Origin: Takakia lepidozioides
Lineage: Eukaryota > Plantae > Bryophyta
NCBI GenBank assembly: GCA_030704615.1
Contig: CM060731.1
Location: 66,402,001-66,466,000 of the forward strand
Reading direction: 5' to 3'
DNA: 64,000 nucleotides
Both the position numbers and the translations under genes were made by a program. This document shows positions 1-13,590 of this stretch, one piece after another. The notes beneath the pieces were generated by a model. The model was not told the DNA's origin, did no database searches, and saw only the letters and a program-made list of their open reading frames with translations. The first letter of the stretch is position 1. Every line of letters begins with the position of its first letter.

Positions 1-10
1 AGGTCATTAC

Positions 11-1072
11 CAATGTTGGGCGGTTATTTGAGTGATAATTGGCGATTGCAGTTGCTTCACATTTTAGGAAACTTCTATTTGCAGTTATTAAAATTTTTGA
101 CTAGATATAACCTACGGTTCCAGTTAGTTGCAAAAACCTTAGATAATCTACGGTTTTCAGCAAATAATCGTGGGTATTGGGTGGTTCCTTAAGGGAAGAC
201 ACTAGACATAGGATGGGAGTTAAATGCGCCTGTGGGCCTACAGGCCGGGACGCCCTTGGTGGGGCTTGCAATCAAATCTCCACCTCACCTCAGCCTCGCC
301 CTTGTGCCAGTATTATTGAATAAACATTAAATTTTTGGTTATTGGCAAGAAAGTGGCTTGGTGTTAGGGGGCATTGATTCATATTGAAGGGGTTCCTTTG
401 TTCAAACTTCCCTTGTTTCCGCTCCCCTATTATTGCTTCTGCTCCCTTGTGTTCATGCTCCCACCTTACTGCTGTCCTGCTCTTTCCCTTGTTAGCGCTC
501 CCCAGTTACTACTCCCACACCCCTGTGTTATTGCTCCCACTTGCCCTTCCTCATAATTATTATAGGGGGCCAGTCTTTCTGACACAGCAGACACACAGGG
601 GCACATGTCTTTCTTGCATCCCCAGAAGCAGCAGTCCAAGAAAAGGGAGCGGGGGAGTTGTAACAAGGGAGTGGGGAACAAGGGAGCAGGAGAACGGAAA
701 TATGGGAATGACACAACGGGAGCAAAGGATGGGGAACATGGAGCAGGGGAACTGGGCGTGAAGTACGAAGGAGACGTGGTACAGGGGTAGGGATTTGACT
801 GCAAACCCCGAGGGGCCTCTCCAACTCGCTCTGATGATCGTACTGGCAAGGCTCGTCCACGCACATTCAACTCCCACCCAATGTCTAGTGCAAACGCGCA
901 AACCTTCTTTACAAGGTTCTTTGCCGGGTTATTTGCATGCCCAACCTCCACTAGTTCCTAAACTGACCGGTTACTTCATTTTTTCACCTCTGCCGGTCAT
1001 ATAGATATGTACACACACCTATAATCGGATAGGTAGCTCCGATTAGAGAGATAAAATAATCGCCCAACATTG
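11..1072. mobile_element. Non-autonomous hAT element/MITE
   Basis: TIR CAATGTTGGGCGGTTATT ... AATAATCGCCCAACATTG; perfect 8-bp TSD GTCATTAC at 3-10 and 1073-1080. Confidence 0.85.
200..890. mobile_element. Nested TIR element with CACTAG termini and an internal imperfect foldback
   Basis: CACTAGACATAGGATGGGAGTTAAATGCGC (200-229) matches the reverse complement of 861-890; pyrimidine-rich 390-550 mirrors purine-rich 600-760; no clear TSD. Confidence 0.55.
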
Positions 1073-1424
1073 GTCATTACGTACTTCAATCTCTAGATGA
1101 AAATGCCAACAGAAGTAAATTTAACTCATCCTTCTAGGTCTTGATTTGCAGCTAGCCCCTATGCAAGGAGGATATCTTCACAGAAGTATTATCCCAGCAA
1201 GTATCGAGATACATTTAAGGTAGTGCAGTCCCAATAAGTGCAGATGGTGAAAGTGTCAGGGTATCGCCGGTGTGGCTATAATGGGTGGTACAGAGTCCTG
1301 ACTCAAGAAACCAATCAGCTCACCCGTCCTCCAGAACATAATTCTCACCCTTCAGCGCATACCTGACACTCATAATTTGAACGACACAAGCAACTGCCAG
1401 AAAAAAAATGTTGCCACGTAAGGT

Positions 1425-4400
1425 TCACAAAAGATTGGGTACAAGGCCATCCCATAGATGCTGCCGACTTGGACATATGTCGTTTAGTAATCTCTGCATG
1501 CTGTCTGACACAGTTGCTGAGGTTCCATTCTTGTCAATTCCTTTCTCCGGTACATGATGCAGCCTCTGATTACATGCCAGCGATCAAGTCAATATTTTGT
1601 TCAAGAAATGGGTAGCAACTTGGAAGACACTACAACACTGAGTCAGGTTAGAGAGAGAGAGAGAGATCACAACTCACCAATGAGAAGATCCACAGCTTAT
1701 AGGCGGCTGCGAACTCACATTGACTGGTTGCGTCCCCGATAAGGTCAGAGTTGCATACGGTCATGCAGAAGTCTGCAAACTGAAGTTCCTTCCTTGCAAG
1801 TTCCATTGCTTCCTCAAGGTGCTCTTGCTCATAGGCTCTTTTGGTAACACTAGTTGGTCTAGAATCTGGCTGTAAAAGCTTGCAATGGCTCAAGCCACGG
1901 AGTAGAAAACGTCGATGAACCCACAATGCCTGTGACATCAACTGGCTTGTCAGCTCAATAATCATGAAAAACATACAGTAGTTGAAGGAAAAGGAAAATG
2001 TTAAGCTGAGGGGGCATGTGAAGGTTGGCACAACAGGACCAGGACTCCCATATTTTGGTTGTTACATTGCATTGAGTCTGCTCGTGAAGGATGACAACTT
2101 TAGAAAGGTGTTACCTCCCGCCCAATATAGCGCTTGATCAACTCCTCGTTCCAACACAGCTCCTCCTGCACTTCAAGACATGAATCAGTACAAGAGATGA
2201 TTAAGTGAAGGCACAGATGCCAGAATAGTTGGCTTACCATCCTGACAGGATGAAAGAAAACACAATAGTGCATATATTGGGAATTCATAATCATTCTCTG
2301 AATTGTCAAAAGTTGGCTACTTCTACTTATCATATGCAAAGATTACCTTCCATAACCTTGCCAAACTCTGCAGGTCTTCAGAGCCAGCAGAACACAAGCT
2401 CGCCGCTCCTTTCTCAAGTTCCCCAATTGGCACAGCCTTTGCTTGGAGTAAACGCAATAGCAAACACTGCAATGTTCCGCAGAACCACAGCCTCCCATTA
2501 GTTGAACTACAGACAGTAAAGCAGCACTAAAAGCTCCAGTGAAACATGCACAAGGAAATCAGGTCAACATCAATCCAGGTTGACAGGGGGTACTAAGCAC
2601 CTACTTTCCAAATATATAATTACACTGGAGCTACAAACCAGGTGTTGAGCCGCACATTACAGACACCCAAAGGTTTGAGCATTCCAGAGGAGAACAACAG
2701 AAAGAAGGTTCTCGATATTGGGTCAGATAGGCTTCAGCCTTCTACTCAGGGACAGGCATACACTGCAACGAAAAGGTGCAGCTCTGCCACTTCTATTGAC
2801 ATGAAATGTATGAGTCTCTGCACAGTGCCCAGACAACTCCCTTGCTTGTAGTCTCACCCTGCGGTAGTGAAAGCAGCAATTATCTGCTACATGGGATTCT
2901 GCCCACAGTTTTGACTTTTGCAACTCCGCTAAAACCTGCACAAACAGAAAAGTTGTGAGGTAATCGAGAGAATATTTTCCCTTCTAGAAAGAGTAACTGA
3001 ACGCAGAAACATTTTCTGAGAGGAAGAAAAGTCATTTCATGTGCTTCTGGGTGAGAGAGGCAGCCAAACAAGTCCACAGATGAAAAGGTCTGCATCGAAA
3101 CACATACCTGTGAGAGTGACATCCGTGAGAGGAGCCAGCAGCGATGCCGCCAAGCACGATAGTTCATGGTAGACCTCTGCCACACCAATCAAGCATTCGG
3201 CTGTGAGCCACTTCAGTGTCTGCACCAGCACAAGGAAGAAATGAGCAAAGAAGGCCCAGTCTAGAACTCCCTCTCTTCTACAAAGTAGCTAGGATGAGTA
3301 TACAGCTGAACTTCCAAGAACCACTGGTTTTGTACTGCTCATTGATACGCTCAACATTATGATAAACGTGCCCACTGTGCAAAGAATGACATTAGTTTAA
3401 GTGTCCACTTTCTCATCTGTGCATACTATGCTTCTGATGTACAGTGTATAGTAATATGTGAGAATACTAGGACACTTTTGTCTATCAATGTCACTAAAAT
3501 TGGAGGGAAAATTTTAATACAATTATATGCTCCCATTGAGGCCCTGTTCCTCATTCCTTGCCTTTCTGGTCTCCAGACTGGGTACCACACTTCAGTCATG
3601 AGGTTGCTACAAACACACTCGCAAGTGTAGTGCAGAGAGGACAAACAAATACAGGAACATGGGCACAACAAGTCGGAGAGGGAGAGAGAGAAAGGCTCTA
3701 CCCCTGCAATGAGCTCCACAAGCTTGGAATCGCCCTCCAGAATGCAGTCCAATGTCTTAAAATTAACGCCATCAGCGACCATTCGATTTATCACCCATCG
3801 TCTGCACACAACACTGCCTAGTGACTCCCCAGGCAAATCCAGTACTGCAAGAAAGAGATCCATGGATGTCTAATGCAAAGACTCTAATCAGACACAGACA
3901 CAAGTACATACATACAAATGGGAATGCAATGATAGATTTTCCACATGCCTATCTCATTGAAAAATGAAGCTGGCAGCTTCCACTAATCTGCCTTGGGATT
4001 TTGCCTTGTCCTAAGATATATGCGTGTCCACACATATTATATTTATTACGCATCCGTCTTTGCACAATGAAACATATAGGAAGCACCTACAGTTAAAAAG
4101 GTAGCACAAGCAGATAGTGGTAAAGGGAACATGGCCAACAAAGTGCAGGAAGCAAGTAAGCAATTAGGATTTGTTATTATCTTCACCACGTGTGAACCAA
4201 CTAAGAGCTTTCTAGGAGGAGAGACAAACCTGTGAGCCCATGTCTCTTCGCTCTTGGACCCATATGATAACACCATGCTGGCCAAGCGCAGCTCTGCAAT
4301 CAAAGAACTCTCACTGCTTGCCAAGCTTGAAAGAATGAGCTTTCTGCAACCCAAGAGTACGTCAGAGCAACAAGCCAGAGGTAACATGGTTGCTAACCCA

Positions 4401-5222
4401 AAACTTATCTCTTAGGCTGACATATCAGAAAGGACTATGTTGCACAACTGAGATTGCACTCAACGTTTTGAGCATTTGAGTAATAGTAATTTCCACCAGC
4501 CATTCTGATTTCAGGTTCTTGTCACCAGTCATTCTGGCATTGCAGCCAGAAGGACAGGAAAGCATCATTCTGACATAGAAAGGAGTGCATCTAACAACTA
4601 GAGAGAGAGAGGAGACAGAGGGAGACAGAACCTCAAATTCCAAGCAGTTGCAAAGTCGCAGTTCACAATTATCAAAGCTCTCGTGAATCTCATCAACTTC
4701 TCCTCTAAGGCAGCCTTCCTACCCTCCCATGTCTGCTCCATAGTTTGTCCATTCCTTTTCACCATTTCTAGGCCCACCGTGCCACCAGTCTGCTTTTCCT
4801 GGGAGAAAGACAGGCACTCTTTGGCTACACCTGTTTCCTTCAAGAAATCAGTATAATCTTTGCGGTGGACTACAAACGCTGCCTTTGCTGCTTTATAAAG
4901 AGGCATAAGGGTGGGCATTGCAATCGCAAGCTTATGATGGGCACACCAGAATGCTGATTTCTCATATGGTATTTCACTACTGCTAACTCCATTGCTGACA
5001 TCCCCGTCCCAGTTGTTTGCACCTGACTTGGCGTCCATTTCTTGACCTTCATTTCTTTGAGAGCAATCCTCCGATTGTTGCAACGGCTCTGCTACTGCCT
5101 CTTGACCCTTGGGTTTTCTCTTCATCTTTATAAAAAAGGGTTTACTACCATCCAATGAGATGGATTTTTCAAGAGAATGCAAGCTGGCAAGCTGAGATGG
5201 ATGAACAAAGCCCAGTTCATCA
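1425..5222 (-). CDS. PTAR1: Protein prenyltransferase alpha subunit repeat-containing protein (PTAR1-like); first exon not located
   Basis: GT-AG exons approx 4632-5222, 4230-4343, 3702-3801, 3108-3176, 2858-2935, 2347-2466, 2115-2165, 1678-1929, 1425-1565. Motifs DELGFVHPSQ, HKLAI, DFATAWNLRK, KSEETWAHRRW, NYRAWRHRCW, HVADNCCFHYR, WNEELIKRYIGREALWVHRRF. Confidence 0.88.
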
Positions 5223-5290
5223 CTGCAAACACAACATAAAACTTACATTAATACAAACGAAGAGGTTCGTTTCAAAGCACCGGAGAGAGA

Positions 5291-5362
5291 GAACGTACTC
5301 ATCAGACATTGTTTGCCGTAGCCTTGTGGCCATTGACCCCACGCCCAGTTTGAGCCGAACAC
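5291..5362 (-). mobile_element. 5'-truncated LINE 3' end embedded in (GA)n
   Basis: Matches the 25966-26427 repeat (GTTCGGCTCAAACTGGGCGTGGGGTCAATGGCCACAAGGCTACGGCAAAC...GAGTACGTTC); GA runs on both sides. Confidence 0.75.
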
Positions 5363-8300
5363 CAGAGAGAGAGAGAGATGGTTTGTTAGTTCTGCTGCAA
5401 GCAAGCTCGGAAGCAGCAGGCAAATAAGGTCATCACCACACAATGAACAAGTGATAGACTCGTCCTAGATGACTTGGCAGTAGAATGGTGGCTGGTCAGT
5501 ACATAGTTGAGGTTTCGTGTGTTTCTGTATGTGGTTCGTACAATATGGCGTAATTACAGGCTAGGAAAAAGTGTAGTTAGGATATTGGCAAACCCAGAGC
5601 CTTATTGCAACCTGGTAACTAACACAAGCAAACACTGAAACCTTCCAAGCTGATGCCATCACAAAAGGTGGCTTCATGTAAGCCTCATTGTTCACAGCAG
5701 GTTTACTCATAGAGAATGTACACAAAACATTTGTAAATGCTTGCTCGAACAAGCCTAAAACGGCGATGGGCTCTCTTGCTTTGGCAAAACATAAGAGGAG
5801 GAGAAGTAAGGGGCATGACTCAGCACAACACCAATCGGAGCCTTGACACGGTGTAAGGTCCTTTGACCACATTTTCTCCATTGACTTGAACATGTTGCAA
5901 AGTCTCTCTCTACAAGAGAGCCAACAAACTCTGTGACAAGGAAAGAATCTAGTTGATGTAGTGACCTTAACAAAAGAGCATCCTACTTGATTAGGATGGA
6001 ACACTCGGTCTCATTGTCATCCAGTTCTGAAAGCAAGCATTGTGTGGTAACTATGTACAAAAGTCCATAACCAACCAGCCTGGGCCAACTCATGACAACA
6101 ACCTGGTCAAAAGATCAACCAAGCTTTCATGTCAATGTCTGCCATTCATAAAAGCTGAGAATTAGGGTGGACAACTACCCTTATACTTCCCATCAACATT
6201 GTACCTTCCCCATTTGTGTATGCCATTCACTAACCATGGTTCAGGAGTACTCGACATACTAGACTTTTGTGTCCAATGAGCCTGGAATTGGCTGGGCTCA
6301 CTACTAAAGATCAAGTTTCAAGTGCACAACAATTATTCCAAAGCATTCTTCTGCTGCAGGATTGAACACCTCTCTGGCAAATAACCAACTTTCTCAGATC
6401 ACTTCTTCCATGTAGCAGAAGAGTAACGATGGAAAACAAACCAACCTCATGTCTTGGGGAAATTGATCAAATTTGAAGTCTTCTATGTTATCTGGATAAG
6501 GATCTGCTATCCCCTTGAATTATGGAATGCTTATCCAATAATATAGTAAGGAGATACAAAGAGGAGAAGAGAATATCATCTCATCACAAGGCCTCATTCA
6601 GTATTCTGGGAGTAGTCTCATACCCTCAGTCATCTTTTTAGTTTTGACCACAAACCAAGCCTGACAAGACGATTACAATATCCCTTAGAGATACCGGAGG
6701 AAGGGCTACTACGGAATCTGCTCACGCTCATGCACAGTGCTCGTGAACAGATGAGGAATTTGCATCCTTGTGGTACCCAAATTCCGAAGGGGGAAGAAAA
6801 CTGGAGACAATGTACTTGCTGTAGATGCAGCTCATCGTAGCATTGAGTGGATCTTCGAGGATAGAAATAATAAGAATCTGAATGAATGAGAATAATGAAA
6901 TTAACTTCGAATTTCAGGGAGGGAAAAACCAGCATATCGGGAGATGAGGAAAAGCAAGTAAAAACTACCCTCAATGTTTACACAGAAAACAGAACGTCAA
7001 TCAAAGTCACCAAAGAAGCATTACGGGAAGAGGGTTGGTGGCGTACATGAAAGGATCGGATTCCAGGATATAATCCAGCTGTGTGAGAAACCGCAGCCCC
7101 CATTGCGGATCATCTTCCTCATCGGCCATGGCTGCCCTGCTGATTGTATGGGGCTTGGTGAGAGGAAGATCTGCCCCTATTCGACCAGATCAGACAAGCA
7201 AATTAACAATGAGGCCAGAACAACCATGGCATATAGACGAGATCCTAAATCATCCCCTGCCAAGGCATGTGGGAACGCAAGAAGACAAAGACATAGATCA
7301 GATGTAGTACAACCCTGCAAAGGTGCAACAGCACTAGACAGATTAATAGAGAGACGGAGAGGAAGGGGAAGACGGGTGGCTGATATAGAGATGCTTCCAG
7401 CACTACTGGACCTGTAATCTTAGAGCTTAACGGAGTTTACTGTTAAATAGAGATACTCTTGAGTACGACGTCAGTGCAGAAGCGCGATATCACGCGACTT
7501 CGTTGATCAAAGGATGCAGATGTTGTGGAAATCCGCCTGGGACAAACCTCTCGTCCATTTCTTGACGTCAAGAACACAGAGTCGTCCCTTTGTCGGACGA
7601 CAATCGGGCGTTTGAAAAAAAAGAGAGCTCTCTGAGAGTGAGACACTAGTACAGCAGAAATCGAAAGTGACAGTGGCATCCTCTCGTCGCAGGCGACTTC
7701 TCTTGCTCAAACCCACGCTGCATCAATGTATCTAGAGCTCGTTAATGTCATGTCGGTTTCAATTGATCAGCTTCTCTCTTTCTCCTCCCGTGAGTGGCTC
7801 TCACAAGTTCAAATCCTCGGAATACTCCGTCTCCACAATACAATACATTGGCACTTCATAGGAGGTCCTTGACTTCTTTTGGCGAAGCCGACAGCTTACT
7901 GTGACGCCGCAGGCATGATGGAGCTTAGGTATCCGCGATCGAGCAATGGCAGTGCTATACAGGAACCTCTGGTCGGATTCTTGGCCTCTTTCCCAGTCCG
8001 CCATCATTCTGTGAGTTGAAGCCCTTGACGTTAACCCTAACACCAGATGGTTCATAATTCAGAGCTCTAGGTATTAGCATTTGTCGATTCTGTATATGAA
8101 CCTAAGCTTTCCATCGTTACCATCATGAGAGGTCTCAGTAAGTTGTTAGCTATGCTTGGTTGGAGATTCTTGGATTGTTCTATTTCTGGAGAAGTCTGGA
8201 TAGAGTTCAAGGCTGAATTTTCTGGATAGCATGGTTATAGGTTTTGACAGGACACTAAAATGTAAAGAAGATGCGATCTGAAATCAACACGACAGCTGCA

Positions 8301-8759
8301 TCGTTCCTGCTGCCTGAACTGGATGTTCTGAAGAGTATAGCTAGGAAATCATGTGTGATTGAGGGTATTTTATTGCTTTCAAGCTGTCAAATTTGTAGCA
8401 TGTCATGAATGGCTGTGTAGGTCTCATTTGCGAGTGCGCCTTGAAATAATCCAGATTTGACATTGATCAACCGTTGGGATGCATGGAGTCACAAGCATTG
8501 GCTTTGATTATCATACCGTTAGATGAGAACTGCAATGAGCCCACATTCCTTAGTTAAGGTTCATGAAGGGTATGCTTCTTGCACGAGCTCTGGCGGGTTT
8601 TGAATACTGATGTGTATTGGTGAACAAATGCTTATACCATTAGGCGTGTTGCCACCATCTTCATTGCAACCTGAGGAGACCTGTGCTGTAGCCAGGCATC
8701 AAGCTGCATCTTCTTGTGGAGAGCTTCATTCTTTTGTACATTTAGGTTTGAGTTTGTGA

Positions 8760-8855
8760 TTCTCTCTCTCTCTCTCCCTCTCTCTCTCTCAAGAGTACAT
8801 TCTCCCTCTCTCTGAGTGTTTCGCCCAAACTGGGCACAGGGTCTATGGTCAGAGG
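8760..8855 (+). repeat. (CT)n microsatellite with diverged fragments of the same LINE 3' end
   Basis: GAGTACATTCTC and GTGTTTCGCCCAAACTGGGCACAGGGTCTATGGTC follow a CT run. Confidence 0.5.
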
Positions 8856-10171
8856 GCAAGGAGTACAACCGTATCCGACAGATTTGAAGATGGTGTGAAT
8901 ACGCAAACTGCTGAAACTACCATGGACATTTTATGTGATCAGAAAGGTGTCTTACTCTGCAGGAACATTAGTTGTCTGGGATGGATGCAGCCAGTCTTCA
9001 GTTCACATGTATCTGGAATGGATTCAGCCATCTCAAGAGTAGGTGGGAGTAGTCTTCTGAACTCGCCTGCAACTATGTGGGCTTCAGTTAGCCCCACTCT
9101 TCTCATATTATACATTGCTGGGGTATGTTGGGCAGCTTTTTAATCTCCGAACTGAAATAGATGAAGATTTGGAAGAGGGAAGGCAGGAGACATCTAACTA
9201 GGGTGTGAAATTGCAAGGGACACCCTCTGTGTTTGGTCTTCCATGCTGTTGTCCTGTCAATTAAGGCCTCATGACATCAGTCTTAAGCCCCTTTCTCTCT
9301 CTCTCTGTCTACCCCTGCCTGTTTGCGCAAAACAGGGCAGACTGGAGCTTTAGACTGAAATCTTTGCTTGGAGATCTTCATTGAAATACAAGCTGCTTTG
9401 TGGTCTACATCATAGGTTTTCGCCTGCACAACAATTTGTGACTTGTAATTCTGGATCTGTCCTGGACAATCCATCAATAATGACATCAGCTGGAAGCCAT
9501 ACTCCAGCTACATTCACTTCCAAATCCAGCAAGCAGGGACAGTGGTGTTTGCAAATATTGCTTTTAAGCCCACCAAGTTTCTCCCACTTTCTTTTGCAAA
9601 GAATAACCACTTCATGGAGGGAGAGGCCTGATCCCTAAAACTGCTCAGATACGGACTTGAGCAATGCTGAAATAGACATTGTCTTTCGAGTATGTTCTTC
9701 TTGCCAGCCTACTCAAGGCCAAGAGAAGTTCAAATGCTGCCCTTGCCCAAGGAGAGTACAAATTCTTGGAGTAGCTGCAAACGCGTGCGATCAGAAGCTT
9801 AGGAAGTAGTTGCACGCAACAAGGTTGTTGTTATATCAAATTCACTCGGGGTATTGTAATTGACCCATCAGTTAGATTAGTTACATACTAATGATGAAGC
9901 ATGACCCCCACTAGGACAAACATCGAGGGAAAGACAATGAGGGCCTATTACCGTGGAAAAAAGGACTATGAGCATAAACAAATATAAAAAAAACCATGTA
10001 TATGCACATGTAGACCGCCTTTGCAATTTTTATCGGATCCCCTGATCTGGTCGTGGCCCTCAACATCAACTCATTTGTATCATAACCCTTCACTCCACAC
10101 CGTCCCATGAGAATATCGCGATATTTTCTCTGCTACGTGAGTGCTCGCACCATGTCGTCAATGGTAATAAC

Positions 10172-10664
10172 CAGTGTTTGGACTGGTATATAGGTGAAGG
10201 ACTTGTATATAATACTGGTATATGCACTAGTATTAGATACCAGACCAGTCTGGTATCATTTGGGAGAGTACTTGGTCATATACCAGACCAGGCTGGTATC
10301 AGTACTTTCATACCAGCCACAATACCAGTACTCCCCACCTTCTTCCTAATTTACTCTGGTATGTATACTGAAGTAATTTATGTGTACATCTGCCTATATA
10401 TTTGTATTTAAGTATATTTATTTTTTTATTTATATTTTATTTGTTTTCACTTGATACTTGCCATTTGACACATTTGTAACTCAAGATGCCAGAGTTGATA
10501 TCTCATACCAGCTGGTATTGTGGTCATGATACTCATATTCACACCAGTATGTGGAAAAAAATACATCCACCATTATACAGACCAGACTGGTATGAAAGTT
10601 TTGTGATACGTCTGATACCAGGACCAGTCTGGTATGTAAAAAACTTGATACCAGTCCAACATTG
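10172..10664. mobile_element. hAT MITE
   Basis: TIR CAGTGTTTGGACTGGTAT ... ATACCAGTCCAACATTG; 8-bp TSD GTAATAAC (10164-10171, 10665-10672); many subterminal TGGTAT/ATACCA motifs. Confidence 0.9.
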
Positions 10665-10849
10665 GTAATAACATACAAATTGCGACCAAATTTCTCAGAT
10701 TGTTGCAACCATGCATTGTTAACTGCTTCTGTCAAAATTTCATAATGACATGTCTGGGACGTCATCAAATGACATGTCCTGCAACACAAATGTGACACAA
10801 AGGTGATCATGACATTATTCCGTGTTGTAGACAACACCCCAATAGGGAA

Positions 10850-11300
10850 AATGTCATGAACGTTAACGATCCTGACATTTTCCTCCATCTCGAACCTATT
10901 ATTTGTTTTTTAGAATTTTTAGAACTTTTTTTCCCTGGTTCGATATGCGAATGTCATGATCTTTGATGATCATGACATTTCCCATGCCCATTGTACGTCT
11001 AGATTGCTATACTTGCTTATTGGATAGACATCATTTTATATAGACAACAATACAATACTATAAATAATATAACACCACACTATCATAGAGGGTAGGAAAA
11101 AAATTAACGATCGTGACATTTGTCTCCATCTCTCGAACATGTTAAAAAAAAAATTAAGATTTAAGATTTTATTATTATTATTATTATTTTTTTCCCCTTG
11201 GTTCGAGATGCGAATGTCATGATCATTGACGATCATGACTTTTCTCCATGCCCACTGCACGTCTAAATTGTTGCACTTGCTTATTGGATAGACATCATTT
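10850..11300. repeat. Imperfect tandem duplication (about 250-bp spacing) rich in TCATGA palindromes
   Basis: GGTTCGA.ATGCGAATGTCATGATC...CTTGCTTATTGGATAGACATCATTTT occurs at approx 10935-11036 and 11199-11300. Confidence 0.7.
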
Positions 11301-11619
11301 TAGCAAATAGTTCACCATGGTGATACATGTCTGTACCACAATTGGACAATCTTTGTCACCATTGTTTTATGTTGAAAACTTCTTTGAAATGTTGGCTAGT
11401 CAGCTATGGACAAAGTTCCTCATATCTAAGCTTAGGCTGATAGACCTTGAGTTCACGTCATCAACAAACTGCATTCAATTGCAATTATGACATAGATCGG
11501 TAATAGATCAATTTTCCCACAAAATAGGTCAGATTTCCCGGGTTATAGGTCTACTTCTTGCGGTCATAAGGCCTTTCCTGCTGGGCAAGCTAGGCTCATA
11601 GGCTCACGTAGCCAAGTTC

Positions 11620-12250
11620 ACGATCTAGCATTCCCCCACCGAGCCTCACCGCTGTTGAAGGAGATGTTTGTCAACAACATAAACTCACTACGTCTGTTGT
11701 TCAGGAGGAGATTGATCAATCTGAAGTTCGAAGAAAATACTGGATTAATGATCGAGTTCCTCACGAAGTTGAACGAGCTATTAAACGAGCTAGCATGCTC
11801 GGAGAAACTGTAAATGACTCCGAAATTGTGGAATATGTTTTGATGGCCTAGCCTGAGACCTTCAAAGATCTCGTCAATAGCATCATGTATCGCAACAATA
11901 TGCCCTCTGTAGCAGAACTGATGATTATTCTCATGTAGGATGACATAAGACGTGAAGTCAAGCACGGGAAACGTGGGGATGGAGAAGCATTGTTAGTCAA
12001 GGGACATTACAAGCGCAATCCGACCAGCCGCAAAACTGCTACGGGTGACAACATGAAGGGCGAGTGTCACTATTGCGGCAAGGCGGACCACTGGATGTTC
12101 AACTGTCCTGAGCTAGCTACCGAACTGGCCAAGCGCAAGGCAAACCGCAAGGAGAAATAAACCATGTTAACGTTGCTAGCCTTGTAGACAATTTTATAAG
12201 TGACGATGAAGATGAGGAATTCTTTGATACCACAGAACTAACAGCCAATA
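11620..12250 (+). mobile_element. Degenerate Ty1/copia gag fragment
   Basis: UBN2-like stretch and CCHC zinc knuckle CHYCGKADHWMFNC at about 12065-12106; stops and frameshifts present. Confidence 0.75.
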
Positions 12251-13590
12251 TGTCATGGTTTTAGTGATGGTTAACTAGAATTACCTACTTCTAGTTAACT
12301 ATGATATTTTGGATATTTATATTTGTATTTTGTGTATTGGCATTTCATTTGGTCACATATGCCAAGTGAGGTATCAAGCCTCATTTGGGACATGGGGATG
12401 GATTTTCCCCTTGTGAGGATTGAGGAGACTCATCTTCTTGTCGTTGAGCCTCCATGAGCCTTTTCCCACCTCTATAGCTCTAGGTATTGAGAGGGAGTGT
12501 GTTGAGGGCTTTGTAGGGTGGATTCATTTAGCAAAGGTGCCCTTAGCTTGACTTAGTTTATGTGATAGAGTGGATTTCACTTGGAATGACTATTGCTTGT
12601 GTGATTGCTTCATTGTCTTCCACTTCTCTCATTTCTCATCTCTTATCACTACAAGAAGATCTACTTATGTTTGTGAGTACGGAGTGTAATGATTAGTTTT
12701 GCACTTGTATGTTAAAGAAGTTGAGAGCTTGGAGAATTTAACTCTTATATCGCAAGGTTTGCAAGGGGTTGCAAAGAAAGATATTTGTGGTGTTACACCA
12801 AGGTGTTGGAGAGCTCAAGAAGAAGCTTGTTTGCCACAAGATTTGACAAAGGTTGCCAAAGAGGTGGTTGGTGGAAGCATGGAGTTCAAGGTTTGAAAAT
12901 GATCATTTCTACGCATTATGTCCAAGTCAATGGTGTATGCCGTGTACTGAATGATTGTTGGGGCTCATTTCACTAGCAATCTAGAATTAAACAAGCTTCC
13001 AACTTCAAGCTTCAAGAGAGCTAGAAGGTGAAGGGAGCAAGTTGATTCCCTTGTGTGGGAGGTGAAGCATGTGTGGAGCATGCTTTTGGCTTGAGCTTTG
13101 CAATTTCAAGCTTGAGAAGGGTGGCTCTTGAACTAGCAAGAGGTGAAGGCCTTAAGATCCATTTGTGTATGAAGTGCAGAGGTGTTGATTCATGTTATAA
13201 TGAAGGAGATCAACACATAGGCCAAGAGGTCATGGAAATATGCATTCAAATGACCAAGATGAGCACATGGATGATGGATTAGTGCAAGACCCCAAATGAG
13301 GCATTGGCATGAGAGTGGGCTCCAAGACGGATTGCTTGGGATCATTATTGTAAGTGATAAGCATTCCTCCTACACATTGAGATAATTTGTGTTGATTTGG
13401 AGCAACTGTCAAGTGATCCGAGCAAGTGATGATGAGACAAATGCATGATTGTCCGGCGGAGATATGATAGTTTGCAATCAAATCACAATGACTAGAAGGG
13501 GGATTGATTTGGTGGCCAATGGATTGCTAGTTGACTTGGAGATAAGCTTGGATAAGTTGGGAAAGATTTTATAGGGATTGCCACACCATC
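12251..13590. mobile_element. Probable LTR sequence interrupting the copia gag
   Basis: Abrupt start TGTCATGG after gag sequence and non-coding LTR-like composition; right end not defined. Confidence 0.35.

Noticed and set aside
374-1004. Several ORFs in the first kb
   Set aside because: Low-complexity foldback sequence inside nested MITEs
5265-5310. Hammerhead ribozyme-like CTGATGAG...GAAAC on the minus strand
   Set aside because: Other copies read CTTATGAG, GAAAC lies in unrelated flank, and stems I and III do not form
12648-12660. CACTACAAGAA as partner of the CACTA end at 56346
   Set aside because: No subterminal repeats or matching TSD, and it would enclose intact host genes; likely chance
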